This document shows positions 1 to 9,211 of a stretch of DNA of 64,000 nucleotides, in pieces. The position numbers and the translations under genes are program-made. This DNA is from a virus (Duplodnaviria; Caudoviricetes), in IMG/VR virus record IMGVR_UViG_3300028888_000061, positions 74,362-138,361 of that record, one strand, 5' to 3'. How positions within the stretch are numbered: position 1 is the first letter of the stretch; each line of letters starts with the position of its first letter. The notes under the pieces were generated by a model. That model searched no databases, had not been told where the DNA came from, and saw only the letters and a list, made by a program, of their open reading frames with translations.

Positions 1-176
1 CCAGAACCATGCGTAACCATAGCATCCGTAAAGCTGTTGTCCGCAAGACCACGCAAAGCACGCAGTAATGTGGACTTACCGGAAGAGCTTGCACCAAGAA
101 TAAGATTGACTCCTGGAACAAAAGACAAGCTCGCCTCGCGAATAATACCTACGTTTGTCAATTCAACTTTAAACAC
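1..176 (-). CDS. SMC/SbcC/gp46-like recombination ATPase, N-terminal part (runs off window; absent from ORF track)
   Basis: Manual translation from GTG at 176: MFKVELTNVGIIREASLSFVPGVNLILGASSSGKSTLLRAL; Walker A in typical SMC-family N-terminal context; GGAGAG upstream. Confidence 0.8.
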   Translation of the reverse strand, partial: MFKVELTNVGIIREASLSFVPGVNLILGASSSGKSTLLRALRGLADNSFTDAMVTHGS

Positions 177-285
177 TGCACTCTCCAAAAACAAATACCA
201 CGCAAGGTGCGTAAAACTTAATACGGGTACGTTTTACCACAAAGTCGATATAGAAAAGAGTACAGCACCACGACAAGTGAGACAC

Positions 286-322
286 AAAAAAAAAGCGTTC
301 TGTGATTAGCAGAACGCTTTTT
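286..322 (-). terminator. intrinsic terminator ending the candidate ncRNA
   Basis: AAAAAGCGTTCTG...CAGAACGCTTTTT hairpin, with the longer U-tract on the minus strand. Confidence 0.8.
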
Positions 323-910
323 CATGCAATTCGACACGGAGGGCACAAAGCCCTTACAATCAATGATGATACAAGTAACATCATAAACCTGAGACTTTAA
401 GGGTAGGAGTATTCCCCACACGAAACGTGCGCTCTGGCGATTCTGCCGTAAGTCACAAGGTGTGACCATCCAAGTAGGTTACATGGCTTTCCAACGTACA
501 GCCCTTTACGGGAATTGTGTGCAACGAATCTCCCACATCTAGCCATCCACTCACCACCGGTTTTGTACCCCGGTGATGAACTGTGCGAGCAAGCCCGTAG
601 GCCCGTTTTCCCTCGTCACAGTCAAGCGTCAAAACGAAGGTGCACGCCACGATCAATCCGTGTTAGTCATCTCACCCAATAAACACTTCTTCAGAAAACC
701 TACCACAACCGTGATAACCTTTCTGAAGAAGTGTGTAGAGGAAACGTAAGTCAAGTTAAGACAGCCGCGAAGCCAATCTTTGCTTTTTTCTTGCTCGGAA
801 ACAACCCACAAACTCAACACATATAAGATCCTGTACGTTGGAAAGCCATGTACCAAACCCTTCTTCACCTGTCAAATAACTGCGGCAGGTCTAATGTGCC
901 GCAATCTTAC
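286..910 (-). ncRNA. candidate large structured non-coding RNA (~600 nt)
   Basis: No credible ORF; many hairpins whose imperfect pairs are G-U only on the minus strand; cUACGg tetraloop; 22-bp and 15-bp perfect inverted repeats; bounded by promoter-like and terminator signals. Confidence 0.6.
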
Positions 911-914
911 TGTT

Positions 915-943
915 TAGATAACACAGAAATAAAAACCGTGCAA
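915..943 (-). promoter_or_regulatory. sigma70-like promoter candidate for the ncRNA
   Basis: Minus strand TTGCAC-N17-TATCTA; also overlaps an ATCTAAA motif. Confidence 0.4.
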
Positions 944-966
944 CGTATTTGCTCAACGAAATAAAC

Positions 967-1362
967 TCAGCAACAACAGTCAGAACAAATCCGGCTCCAA
1001 TGAAGAGGGTCAATCTCTGCGTAACCTTCCCAATCAACAAGGAAATGTTTGCCTTCCTTGTAAAAAATGTCACCTAGCACATTGAAGAACCCTGGATGGA
1101 TAACCACAACGCCGGTATAGTCCAAGAGGAATGAAAACAGCACCGTATCATTCCTGTTCATAGGCAGTTCAGAAATGACAAGGAAATGTCCGTCAATCAC
1201 ATCATAAACCACACGTGACATCACACAATGAAGCGACAACCACTCACGCATGATGCAAGCATACTGAAAACAGTTGCCTGTAAGCCATGTGGATTCGTCA
1301 GGGAAACGTCTGGAACGGTAACTAAAATATTCAGATTCTAGTTCAGAGAGGCATTGAATCAT
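967..1362 (-). CDS. hypothetical protein, possible Cys-His-Asp (papain/transglutaminase-like) fold
   Basis: GNCFQYA...DGHF...DYTG pattern; overlaps upstream ORF in operon fashion. Confidence 0.5.
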   Translation of the reverse strand: MIQCLSELESEYFSYRSRRFPDESTWLTGNCFQYACIMREWLSLHCVMSRVVYDVIDGHFLVISELPMNRNDTVLFSFLLDYTGVVVIHPGFFNVLGDIFYKEGKHFLVDWEGYAEIDPLHWSRICSDCCC

Positions 1363-1685
1363 TGCAGTAACTCACGAAGATTCTTATGACGCAGAAATTT
1401 GTACGCCAAATCCTGTGCATAATGCCATAACAATATGTCCTGCGTTGGATAAGGAAGCTGAACAATCCAGTGAAATTCGTCAGCGTCTTCGTCTGTAAAC
1501 GGACAAGGAACACCGTCAAAACATGCTTTCATCCATGCATCGAAACGCATGGAAATGTTTGCGAAATTAGAGTGGTAAACAATCCCACTACGTTTATCCG
1601 TAATGGTCAATAAAGGTGCATAAAACGAATCTACCGACAGAACAAAATTCGTCATTTCAAACGGAAACACGAAATTCATATACAA
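1359..1685 (-). CDS. hypothetical protein
   Basis: 108-aa ORF in a tightly packed minus-strand run. Confidence 0.6.
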   Translation of the reverse strand: MYMNFVFPFEMTNFVLSVDSFYAPLLTITDKRSGIVYHSNFANISMRFDAWMKACFDGVPCPFTDEDADEFHWIVQLPYPTQDILLWHYAQDLAYKFLRHKNLRELLQ

Positions 1686-1694
1686 CCCGAATCG

Positions 1695-2165
1695 CTAAAA
1701 AACTTCATCCCAACCCAAGCCGTCATTTGAGTAAAGCGTCAGCCCGTAATCGTCAAACACATCGCCATCAATTTCCTTGCGATACGTTATCATGTACTGA
1801 TGCACATCAGACTGTAAATCCTGCATCAGATACTTCATACAGGACAGTGCATCATCGTAAGTGACCAACTCTCCGTGGTCTCCGAGAATGCTTGCGAACA
1901 CAAGCTCACGAGTTGCACAAGGGAACGAAGCTACGATACGAAAAAATCCTTTTAACGCGGAAACATCTTGCTCAGAATGAAAAACGCGGCAAGCAATGTC
2001 ATCGAATGTTCCTGCATCATAGCATATACCGTGAAGCAATTCATCATCAGTTTCTCCACCAGTACACCAGCCACAATGGCATTCGTCTTTACGGCCACAA
2101 CGCTCAGTGAAAAAAGCGATTGCTTTTCTATTCAGCCTTAAAACCTCTTCTTCATACCATGTCAT
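1695..2165 (-). CDS. hypothetical protein
   Basis: GGAGG SD ahead of ATG (MTWYEEE); Cys cluster CHCGWC. Confidence 0.65.
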   Translation of the reverse strand: MTWYEEEVLRLNRKAIAFFTERCGRKDECHCGWCTGGETDDELLHGICYDAGTFDDIACRVFHSEQDVSALKGFFRIVASFPCATRELVFASILGDHGELVTYDDALSCMKYLMQDLQSDVHQYMITYRKEIDGDVFDDYGLTLYSNDGLGWDEVF

Positions 2166-2271
2166 GGCTGATACCTCCAAAAGAATGTAACCCAAACAAA
2201 ATCAAAGCACTCTCTTTGATAAGAGGGAATCAAAACAAGACAACAACTACATGTATCATAAGGAGGAAGTT

Positions 2272-2502
2272 ATGTCGAAATCACTTAAAGTTCTAGCACT
2301 ATCATCATTATGTGTTATTCTTGTTGGGTGTTCAACAGCATCCAACTGGAATAATGCACAAAACTGCAAAAAACTGAAGAGTGACGACCGGTATTACTCA
2401 TGTTATGTCGTCATCGACGGAAAGGTTAAAACATTCAAGAAACCGATTATAGAAGACAAACAAAGGAGAAGTGAAACAGATGAACTTGAACATACTCCAT
2501 GA
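2272..2502 (+). CDS. small lipoprotein
   Basis: AGGAGG SD; signal peptide with lipobox MSKSLKVLALSSLCVILVG-C. Confidence 0.6.
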   Translation: MSKSLKVLALSSLCVILVGCSTASNWNNAQNCKKLKSDDRYYSCYVVIDGKVKTFKKPIIEDKQRRSETDELEHTP

Positions 2503-3055
2503 CCAATTCGTGCATACGGTACAAAACGACATCCACAGAAATGGTACCGAGAACTTGCTTTCATGGCTTGAGACAACGGACTTTTTCACGGCACCTGCAT
2601 CCGCAAAGTACCACAGCTGCTTTCCTGGCGGACTGTGCTTACACAGCCTGAACGTACACAAGCGGATTATGACAAAAGTATCAACAGGTGACGGTATAGA
2701 CAGAGAAAGTCTGGCAATCGTATCCCTGTTCCATGACCTATGCAAAGCAAACTTTTACAAGCAAGATTTACGCAACACGAAAGACGAAAGCGGTCAGTGG
2801 ATAAAAGTTCCTTATTACACGTTTGACGACCAGTTTCCATTGGGACACGGTGAAAAAAGTCTGTTTCTGATACAGCGGCATATTGAGCTTACGAACGAAG
2901 AAGCACTGGCCGTCCGATGGCACATGGGTAACTTCGGTCTGATGATTGGTTCAAATGAAATGATTGCTTTGAACAATGCAATGCGTAAAAGCCGCTTACT
3001 TATCATGCTTCAACAGGCAGATACAGAGGCGGCTTTTTGGGACGAGACTGTGTGA
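2471..3055 (+). CDS. HD-domain phosphohydrolase
   Basis: FFTAPASAKYH...GGLCLHSLNV...LFHDLCK...LGHGEKS...RWHMG...QQAD motifs. Confidence 0.9.
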   Translation: MKQMNLNILHDQFVHTVQNDIHRNGTENLLSWLETTDFFTAPASAKYHSCFPGGLCLHSLNVHKRIMTKVSTGDGIDRESLAIVSLFHDLCKANFYKQDLRNTKDESGQWIKVPYYTFDDQFPLGHGEKSLFLIQRHIELTNEEALAVRWHMGNFGLMIGSNEMIALNNAMRKSRLLIMLQQADTEAAFWDETV

Positions 3056-3056
3056 G

Positions 3057-4214
3057 TTATCGAATACGAGAAAAGAATCGAACGCCGATAGGTTTGTTAT
3101 TGTCTGGCGACATACGTCGAAATCCGTTCCCTAAATCCTGAGTATCGACCGCATCAAGGCATACGCACATATATCGTTTTCCGTCGCTCGTGTCCTGATG
3201 CAGGTAGACAAGACCACTGAAACCATTTCTGAAAAAGTCAATGATTGAATTGTGGTATGAACCGAGCGGCTCAATGTCGAACCATAAACGATCAGCAAAA
3301 GGTGCATCGCACATAACAGTTTCAATCACATTATCGTTTTCGTCGTAGTAGCACAGTTGCATTTTTCCATCGACAAGACCATGAATCAGTTTCATGGATT
3401 TCGGAAACGGAATGAGTCTGCCACCGGCTGATTCATTCCCGGCTTTCGGCACACGAATCGTAAACCCACACATGAGCGACAGATTAGTGCCGAAGAACTC
3501 TTTACGTGGAGAACCCAGTTTGTCAGCAAGCAACCCACGTCTGTCGGTATAAATAGACATAGGTGTTTCACTTTTATCGCAAGCAACGAGCCAGTTGTCT
3601 TCCATATAGGCGTAGAACCCATAATCTCGACAAACAGGAGAAACACTTACCTTTGGAAACGGAGTATAAACTTCGACATCGCCCTGAACATAGGACACTT
3701 CAAGACCGTAATACGTATCGTAATAACGGACACCATGCTCGGACAACCATACGATGTTTCGTTCAGGTGACTTCGACAACGACGACAGAAAACTGTGCAT
3801 GAAACCGACAAGCGGGATATTATGAAACACAGGATAAACACTCTGAATCTTGTCGAACACGGCAACCGGTTGGTCTGATGCGTGTTTCTTGAGTTCGTCC
3901 AAACTCAAACCAAACCGATCCGTATCATTGCAAAAAGCTGAATGGTCACATGTCACACGAAAGATTTCCTGTTCTGAAAAGTTCTCATTACCATCCATCA
4001 CGTCCAGATACGGGATAACGCCACTATATTTAAAGTACGTACACGGAACACGGGATTTCATCATAACCGAACCGATGCCGGGTTTCTGGAACTTAAACAA
4101 GTATTGCGTTGTTGCATCGCCTGAATACCGGTAAAAGTCCGTTTGAGCTTTAGAAAGTGCAATGTCGAAGTCACGAGCATGTTCAATAAGCGAACGTGAA
4201 ATGTATGTGGTCAT
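3057..4214 (-). CDS. hypothetical protein (385 aa)
   Basis: Long ORF with GGAG SD. Confidence 0.7.
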   Translation of the reverse strand: MTTYISRSLIEHARDFDIALSKAQTDFYRYSGDATTQYLFKFQKPGIGSVMMKSRVPCTYFKYSGVIPYLDVMDGNENFSEQEIFRVTCDHSAFCNDTDRFGLSLDELKKHASDQPVAVFDKIQSVYPVFHNIPLVGFMHSFLSSLSKSPERNIVWLSEHGVRYYDTYYGLEVSYVQGDVEVYTPFPKVSVSPVCRDYGFYAYMEDNWLVACDKSETPMSIYTDRRGLLADKLGSPRKEFFGTNLSLMCGFTIRVPKAGNESAGGRLIPFPKSMKLIHGLVDGKMQLCYYDENDNVIETVMCDAPFADRLWFDIEPLGSYHNSIIDFFRNGFSGLVYLHQDTSDGKRYMCVCLDAVDTQDLGNGFRRMSPDNNKPIGVRFFSRIR

Positions 4215-4232
4215 GTTAGCAAAACTCCAAGA

Positions 4233-4631
4233 TTAGAAAAACCCGTTATCCATAGCTGCAAGGTGTTCGTTAAGTTCTTCCTCACTTTCATATTCGGAAA
4301 CAATTTCATTCACATCATCATCATCTTCGTCATCCTGAAAGTCTTGAACAGCCTTGTTTAAAGATTCCTGATGCTCTTGAGCATCAGGTGACACAGGAGC
4401 TCTTACAGGCATCGTGAAAGAAAACAAACCGCCAAGCGAAGACACATGTTCACCTCTCTGGGGTGGAATACGTGTGTTACAACCAATAGAGTTACCTGCA
4501 TTTGAGGTGACTGGTAAGGTTACGTTGAGACAGCAAGACAAAACAAGTTCCTCAAGTGTAACATTACGGTCAGAAGCAGCTTTGCACAAGTCAGCCATTT
4601 GTTTTTCAGAAAAGGAAAGAACAATATTCAT
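4233..4631 (-). CDS. hypothetical protein with acidic C-terminus
   Basis: AGGAG SD before MNIVLSF; acidic tail. Confidence 0.6.
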   Translation of the reverse strand: MNIVLSFSEKQMADLCKAASDRNVTLEELVLSCCLNVTLPVTSNAGNSIGCNTRIPPQRGEHVSSLGGLFSFTMPVRAPVSPDAQEHQESLNKAVQDFQDDEDDDDVNEIVSEYESEEELNEHLAAMDNGFF

Positions 4632-4633
4632 AG

Positions 4634-4921
4634 TCAGCTCCTGAAAGAAAGGGATGAAGCATTGAGGCGTTCTCTCGTTGCAGAATCCAAAAGAAACCAA
4701 GCATCGTCACCATTATCATCAACAGCGAGCACAAACGAGAAGGCTTCCTCACTCCGACTTTTATGATGGGATTTCATCTCTTCAATCATCTGAGAGAAAA
4801 ATACCGGTTGTGCAGAAATAGCAGCATCAATCGTGTCGTAATCCACGCAACTCGAATCAAATGGTCGCTCATTACCGTTCCTGTCAAACTCACGGATTCC
4901 ATAATGTAATTCGTATCTCAT
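4634..4921 (-). CDS. hypothetical protein
   Basis: AGGAGG SD; 95-aa ORF. Confidence 0.65.
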   Translation of the reverse strand: MRYELHYGIREFDRNGNERPFDSSCVDYDTIDAAISAQPVFFSQMIEEMKSHHKSRSEEAFSFVLAVDDNGDDAWFLLDSATRERLNASSLSFRS

Positions 4922-4999
4922 CGGTACCTCCTAAACGAGAATTTTGAAGCATCGTCAAGATACCATAGACACACATGAGTGAAACAAACAGCACCATGA

Positions 5000-5031
5000 A
5001 AAAAGGGACAAACCAAATGGTTTGTCCCTTT
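5000..5031 (-). terminator. intrinsic terminator downstream of HU
   Basis: AAAGGGACAAACC-AAAT-GGTTTGTCCCTTT. Confidence 0.75.
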
Positions 5032-5057
5032 AATGTCACACCTGCAAGTCGCCGGTA

Positions 5058-5405
5058 TTACTTCTTTGAGGATTTCTTGGCAGGTTTCTTATCTGCTTTT
5101 TTCTCGCTTTTACCTGCACAATTTAACGCATTCTTGATAACTGTGGACTGCTTGAACACAACTGCTTTCTGAGCAGGGATGTGAAGAGCTTCGCCAGTTC
5201 TCGGATTGCGTGCTTCACGTGCAGCACGTTCACGAACTTTGAGGATGCCAATCCCGTTCAACGCAACGTCTTCACCTGACTGAAGAATTCTTGCGAACTC
5301 CTTGATGATTGCATCGTAAACGAGTTCAATGTTCCTCTTGGAAAGGTTTGCTCCGTCTATCACTAATTGTTCGGATAAGGATGAAATGATGTCAGCTTTT
5401 TTCAT
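5058..5405 (-). CDS. hup: HU/IHF-family DNA-binding protein with Lys-rich tail
   Basis: MKKADII...LNGIGILKVRERAAREARNPRTGEALHIPAQKAVVFK signature. Confidence 0.95.
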   Translation of the reverse strand: MKKADIISSLSEQLVIDGANLSKRNIELVYDAIIKEFARILQSGEDVALNGIGILKVRERAAREARNPRTGEALHIPAQKAVVFKQSTVIKNALNCAGKSEKKADKKPAKKSSKK

Positions 5406-5542
5406 AAGATGCCCCTATGATATGTCCTGTCGGACGTGTTAAATCAAGGACTAAACCAGGCGTCCTTGTGCGAATGCTTTGATACTCCGTGTTTCGTAAA
5501 CACGCAAGAAAATTTCGTGAACAACACAACGAAATTCAGATT

Positions 5543-5755
5543 TCACGCTTTTTCAGTTTCTTTGTTTTGCTCAATACGACTGATTTCGTGTTGAAGATAA
5601 TCAAGTGCCTTTCTCAGGTCTGGCAATGGGTCATCGGTTTTTACACCGGCTCGTAGCAGGTATTTCAACGTATTGCCCAAAGAAAAATTCAAGCCATACG
5701 CTTCAATAATGTCTATCGCCTCATACCCTTGCTTGCAGTAATACGGATTTTTCAT
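5543..5755 (-). CDS. DUF3310 (SaV-like) phage protein
   Basis: PYY...YEAIDII...FSLGNTLKYLLRAGVK...DLRKALDYL. Confidence 0.85.
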   Translation of the reverse strand: MKNPYYCKQGYEAIDIIEAYGLNFSLGNTLKYLLRAGVKTDDPLPDLRKALDYLQHEISRIEQNKETEKA

Positions 5756-5770
5756 TAAAAACCCCCCTCT

Positions 5771-6187
5771 TCAATTACGAATTACACAACATGGGAATCC
5801 ATCGAAAATATTGAGGATTTCTATGGAGTGCCCAAGAAAATTACGCAGCGAACTCACTGTGCCCCATCCATTGTCGGCATCGTATTCCGACAGCATTTCA
5901 TTATGTTGAAGTACAAATGTGTTTGCTTCCCTGTACATCCGCAACAAATCTTGTGTCGTGTAACCATGTTCATCAATACACCAAATCGCATCGTACAGAG
6001 ATTCCGTTTCGCTTACAGGAACATGCTGACACATCGTGACAAGATTGCCTGTGATGTTGCCTATCTCAACACATCCGTCAGAAATGCAGGAACAATACCC
6101 AGACTCAAGAATGTATTTCGGTATCACATAGCATGGAAAACCGCCGTAATGAATTTCAGGAAACTTAATGTATAACGTAGCACTCAT
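5771..6187 (-). CDS. hypothetical phage protein
   Basis: NITGNL...YDADNGWGT pattern seen in phage hypothetical families; GGAGAG SD. Confidence 0.65.
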   Translation of the reverse strand: MSATLYIKFPEIHYGGFPCYVIPKYILESGYCSCISDGCVEIGNITGNLVTMCQHVPVSETESLYDAIWCIDEHGYTTQDLLRMYREANTFVLQHNEMLSEYDADNGWGTVSSLRNFLGHSIEILNIFDGFPCCVIRN

Positions 6188-6242
6188 GCGCTCTCCAAAT
6201 CAGAAAGGTGAACGAACAAAATAAAAGAGAGAAAGGAATATT

Positions 6243-6659
6243 TCAAACGGCGAGTTCTCGATATCCTTCACATTCAAATATGGCTTCCATCAGAAAACCA
6301 CCTTCCGTTGTTTTAACGATTCGTGATGATTTGAATCTCGTTTTCATGCATTCATATTTGCTTTCGACCTTACAGTCTTGTCCGAAACCCCAAATCGTTG
6401 CATCATCCACAAGAAAATCAACGTCTTGAGTTCTCTGCATCTGCTGAGCCAGAGAAAATAGAACGTCTTTTTCTATGTCACTCTTGTCGATTGGGTACAA
6501 GCATTGGATGCTCTTAAGCGTGAATGTAGAGCACTCTTGAGCACACGTCATGCTGTTGATCATATAACGAAACAAATGCTTTCCATCGTTATATGACGGA
6601 ATACGGATAGCAAGCTCATAGTACAGTTGATTGTGTGTCCAATTATCGTCTAAACTCAT
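6243..6659 (-). CDS. hypothetical protein
   Basis: 138-aa ORF, GAGG SD. Confidence 0.6.
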   Translation of the reverse strand: MSLDDNWTHNQLYYELAIRIPSYNDGKHLFRYMINSMTCAQECSTFTLKSIQCLYPIDKSDIEKDVLFSLAQQMQRTQDVDFLVDDATIWGFGQDCKVESKYECMKTRFKSSRIVKTTEGGFLMEAIFECEGYRELAV

Positions 6660-6674
6660 TTCAAAAACCTCGTT

Positions 6675-7241
6675 TCAAAAAGTCAATGTTTTCAAGTCCA
6701 TTCCATGCGTATTCAGGTAATGGCAGATGTACAGAAACGCTTCACAGCAATCATGGCACGGAGGTCGTATCTTTCCGGTTTTTGAAACGACAGGAACACT
6801 CCATCCGGCAGCATGGAAACGTTCAAGTAACTTCGTGGCACGGTTCACGGAGACGGTTTTTGTGTAGTCTCGTTTGGAATGAATCGTCCGCAGGGTGGAC
6901 GGGTTGTACGTTTGCAACACATGGTCTTTAATACGCTCAAAAATCAACGAATCCAAGCAGTACAGTGCAGGGGACATAGAACTTGCAGGTAGCGGTTCTT
7001 CCATTACAACACGTACAGGGTCAAACGACATAACCCAAGATGCAATGTCATTAGCCAGTGCAAATGCAGACTCGAACACGGAATGGAAACCACGTTTGAC
7101 CGTACCGTCAACAGACGCCTTCCCGGTTATTGGATGGGATAGGTTATGGAATACAACACGCTTCGACCCGTCTTGCATAACACAACAAAGTCCTGTTCGA
7201 GAGAATGACGGATCAATTCCAACCAGATTGTATGGCAACAT
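6675..7241 (-). CDS. RuvC-like Holliday junction resolvase
   Basis: VGIDPSFSRTG, VVMEEP, HDCCEA acidic catalytic motifs of the RNase H fold. Confidence 0.8.
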   Translation of the reverse strand: MLPYNLVGIDPSFSRTGLCCVMQDGSKRVVFHNLSHPITGKASVDGTVKRGFHSVFESAFALANDIASWVMSFDPVRVVMEEPLPASSMSPALYCLDSLIFERIKDHVLQTYNPSTLRTIHSKRDYTKTVSVNRATKLLERFHAAGWSVPVVSKTGKIRPPCHDCCEAFLYICHYLNTHGMDLKTLTF

Positions 7242-7327
7242 GAGAACTTATCCACCAGAAAACAAAAAGGAAAGAACAAAGAAACGAGCATGTGTTATCA
7301 CTACAAAACAAACGTAGTGATAACACA

Positions 7328-7816
7328 TCAAGATAGGAAACGTCCAGATTCTTCAAGATACGCAAAGAATTGAGTGTCGTTCATGCCTACAGTTTTCAGC
7401 GGATTATATTCCAACGTATGTGCTTCATCCGCATCGTATTCGTCCATCAGCAAATCAACGATTTCGTTGTACGCATTAACCTGATGGACACCATGATGTT
7501 TTCTCCACGAGCATTCAATCCAAAACTGATTTTCGACGATGATGTAAGTATGCGTTGCAATCATGCGTCCGTTTTTATGCAATCCCGTGAAGTAACAGCG
7601 ATATTCGAGCCAATGACGCTGTATTGCACTCGCTTCTGCAACCACGAAATCCCAGCACACGCCGCCACCCGCTTGCTTCAGTTCCGATGGAGATTTGATG
7701 TGGTCGAAACCAACATCATCGTAATCGTATGCGACAAGACGATCATGCAAGCGTTTGAGGTATTTTGAGATTAAGTGCATTAGAGGATGCTCCAGGAAGA
7801 AACTCAAAATGAACAA
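7328..7816 (-). CDS. transglutaminase-like hypothetical protein
   Basis: GGVCWDF...THT...WIE Cys-His-Glu pattern; true start probably MHLISK. Confidence 0.55.
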   Translation of the reverse strand: MFILSFFLEHPLMHLISKYLKRLHDRLVAYDYDDVGFDHIKSPSELKQAGGGVCWDFVVAEASAIQRHWLEYRCYFTGLHKNGRMIATHTYIIVENQFWIECSWRKHHGVHQVNAYNEIVDLLMDEYDADEAHTLEYNPLKTVGMNDTQFFAYLEESGRFLS

Positions 7817-7917
7817 ATAAAAAGTCAGGTCTCTTTGTAATTTCGACAGACTTCAAATATCCTGACACACTTGCATTGATAAACTTCAAGGTAACAAGTA
7901 TGCCTTCCACATGTCCA

Positions 7918-8301
7918 TTACGGCAGCACATCACACGAAGATAACACGTGCTGCCGTATGGCAATCCAATCCACATGACCGTCAACCATAGGAATGCCTA
8001 ACCCATGGTCGTCAATGTAAAGGTCGGCACCTACTTTTGTTTGTCCACCATATAGTTCACGTGACTGTGGATTGTCGTTTACTGCGTATAGTTGGATTCC
8101 ACGTGATTTACACCAATCGACGGCCTCTGAGAGCGTGTCATGTCCGTCATGCAGAACATGCGTCCTGCATGTGTGAAGAATAATCTTATGACCAAGGCTC
8201 ACAAAAAGTTTGAGAACCTCAACCGCAAATGGAATTTCTTCACCGATACGAGGATAATCCTCTTTCACGAGGGTTCCGTCAAAATCAACAGCAATAATCA
8301 T
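7918..8301 (-). CDS. HAD-superfamily phosphatase
   Basis: IIAVDFDGTL, ILHTCR, KVGADLYIDD. Confidence 0.9.
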   Translation of the reverse strand: MIIAVDFDGTLVKEDYPRIGEEIPFAVEVLKLFVSLGHKIILHTCRTHVLHDGHDTLSEAVDWCKSRGIQLYAVNDNPQSRELYGGQTKVGADLYIDDHGLGIPMVDGHVDWIAIRQHVLSSCDVLP

Positions 8302-9061
8302 ACTCCAACTCCTCTTCTTCACAAGATTCCTCGTCTTTACAAGATTCCTCTTCGATACAGTCCCGAAGATGTTCAGACAAATCTTCTAGGTCATCAGCAA
8401 ACGAACGTAGTTCAGAAATAAAATCCTGAATACACTCCAAATCACAGTCTTCAGGAGTATTGCCTCTCGCAAACTGAGACAAGGCTAAAAAAGTTCCATT
8501 CTCTCCTTCCATACTGTGCATGTTATTTAACAACGGAATGTTGCTCACTCGTTTTGAATAACGATTATAAACGTCAAAAAGCCGTTTCAAATCATCGACA
8601 GTGACAACAACCGAATGACGCTTATAACCACACATAACATGTTCCATCTTTGTGATGGAACCTATCGGACGTAACACGTATCCATCGACCGCAAGAACGT
8701 CCAGAGTGTTCGTGCTTTCATTGAAAGACACAATCACAGGGTGGTCAATGTCTGCGAAAATGTCCGAACGGTGACATCCCCCGTGAACATAAATTGCACT
8801 ATGTTTAAGGTTTTCGACAAGGGACGCATCATCAATCTTACGGATATAAACACCACAAGAAGACGATGAAACAAAGCCATCAATGATTGTGGAGAATGTG
8901 TCTATGTGCTCCAAATCGGAGAACTTGAGTTCGTGATTGAACACGTACTCTTGTTTTGCATTATGTACTGTTGGAAAGTCATCAAGAAGACGGCTTTTTC
9001 GGAGTGATTCATTATGGTTTCTGGTGTAGGACTTGATGATGTTCTCAAAGCTGTAGTTCAT
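8285..9061 (-). CDS. hypothetical protein
   Basis: 258-aa ORF, AGGAGG SD, acidic C-terminus. Confidence 0.7.
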   Translation of the reverse strand: MNYSFENIIKSYTRNHNESLRKSRLLDDFPTVHNAKQEYVFNHELKFSDLEHIDTFSTIIDGFVSSSSCGVYIRKIDDASLVENLKHSAIYVHGGCHRSDIFADIDHPVIVSFNESTNTLDVLAVDGYVLRPIGSITKMEHVMCGYKRHSVVVTVDDLKRLFDVYNRYSKRVSNIPLLNNMHSMEGENGTFLALSQFARGNTPEDCDLECIQDFISELRSFADDLEDLSEHLRDCIEEESCKDEESCEEEELEYDYCC

Positions 9062-9159
9062 GGTTGCCTCCTTATGGCATCATGTTCGACGGACACCCTA
9101 TCCGTCAGACAAGCCCTTTATACCACAAGAGACAGAGCACAAACGAAACAGCACCACGA

Positions 9160-9190
9160 AAAAAGGGATGCAGAATTGCATCCCTTTTTT
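9160..9190 (-). terminator. intrinsic terminator
   Basis: AAAAAGGGATGCA-GAAT-TGCATCCCTTTTT. Confidence 0.75.
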
Positions 9191-9211
9191 CGACAGGAAA
9201 ATGGACTACGA

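Noticed and set aside
218-868. Short ORFs 218-469, 453-656 and 653-868 as proteins
   Set aside because: No clear SD or protein-like motifs; the sequence is better explained by RNA structure
860-905. HDV-like/theta ribozyme at the 5' end of the candidate ncRNA
   Set aside because: A hairpin and possible pseudoknot are present, but I could not fit the P1-P4 nested pattern, and there is no adjacent tRNA
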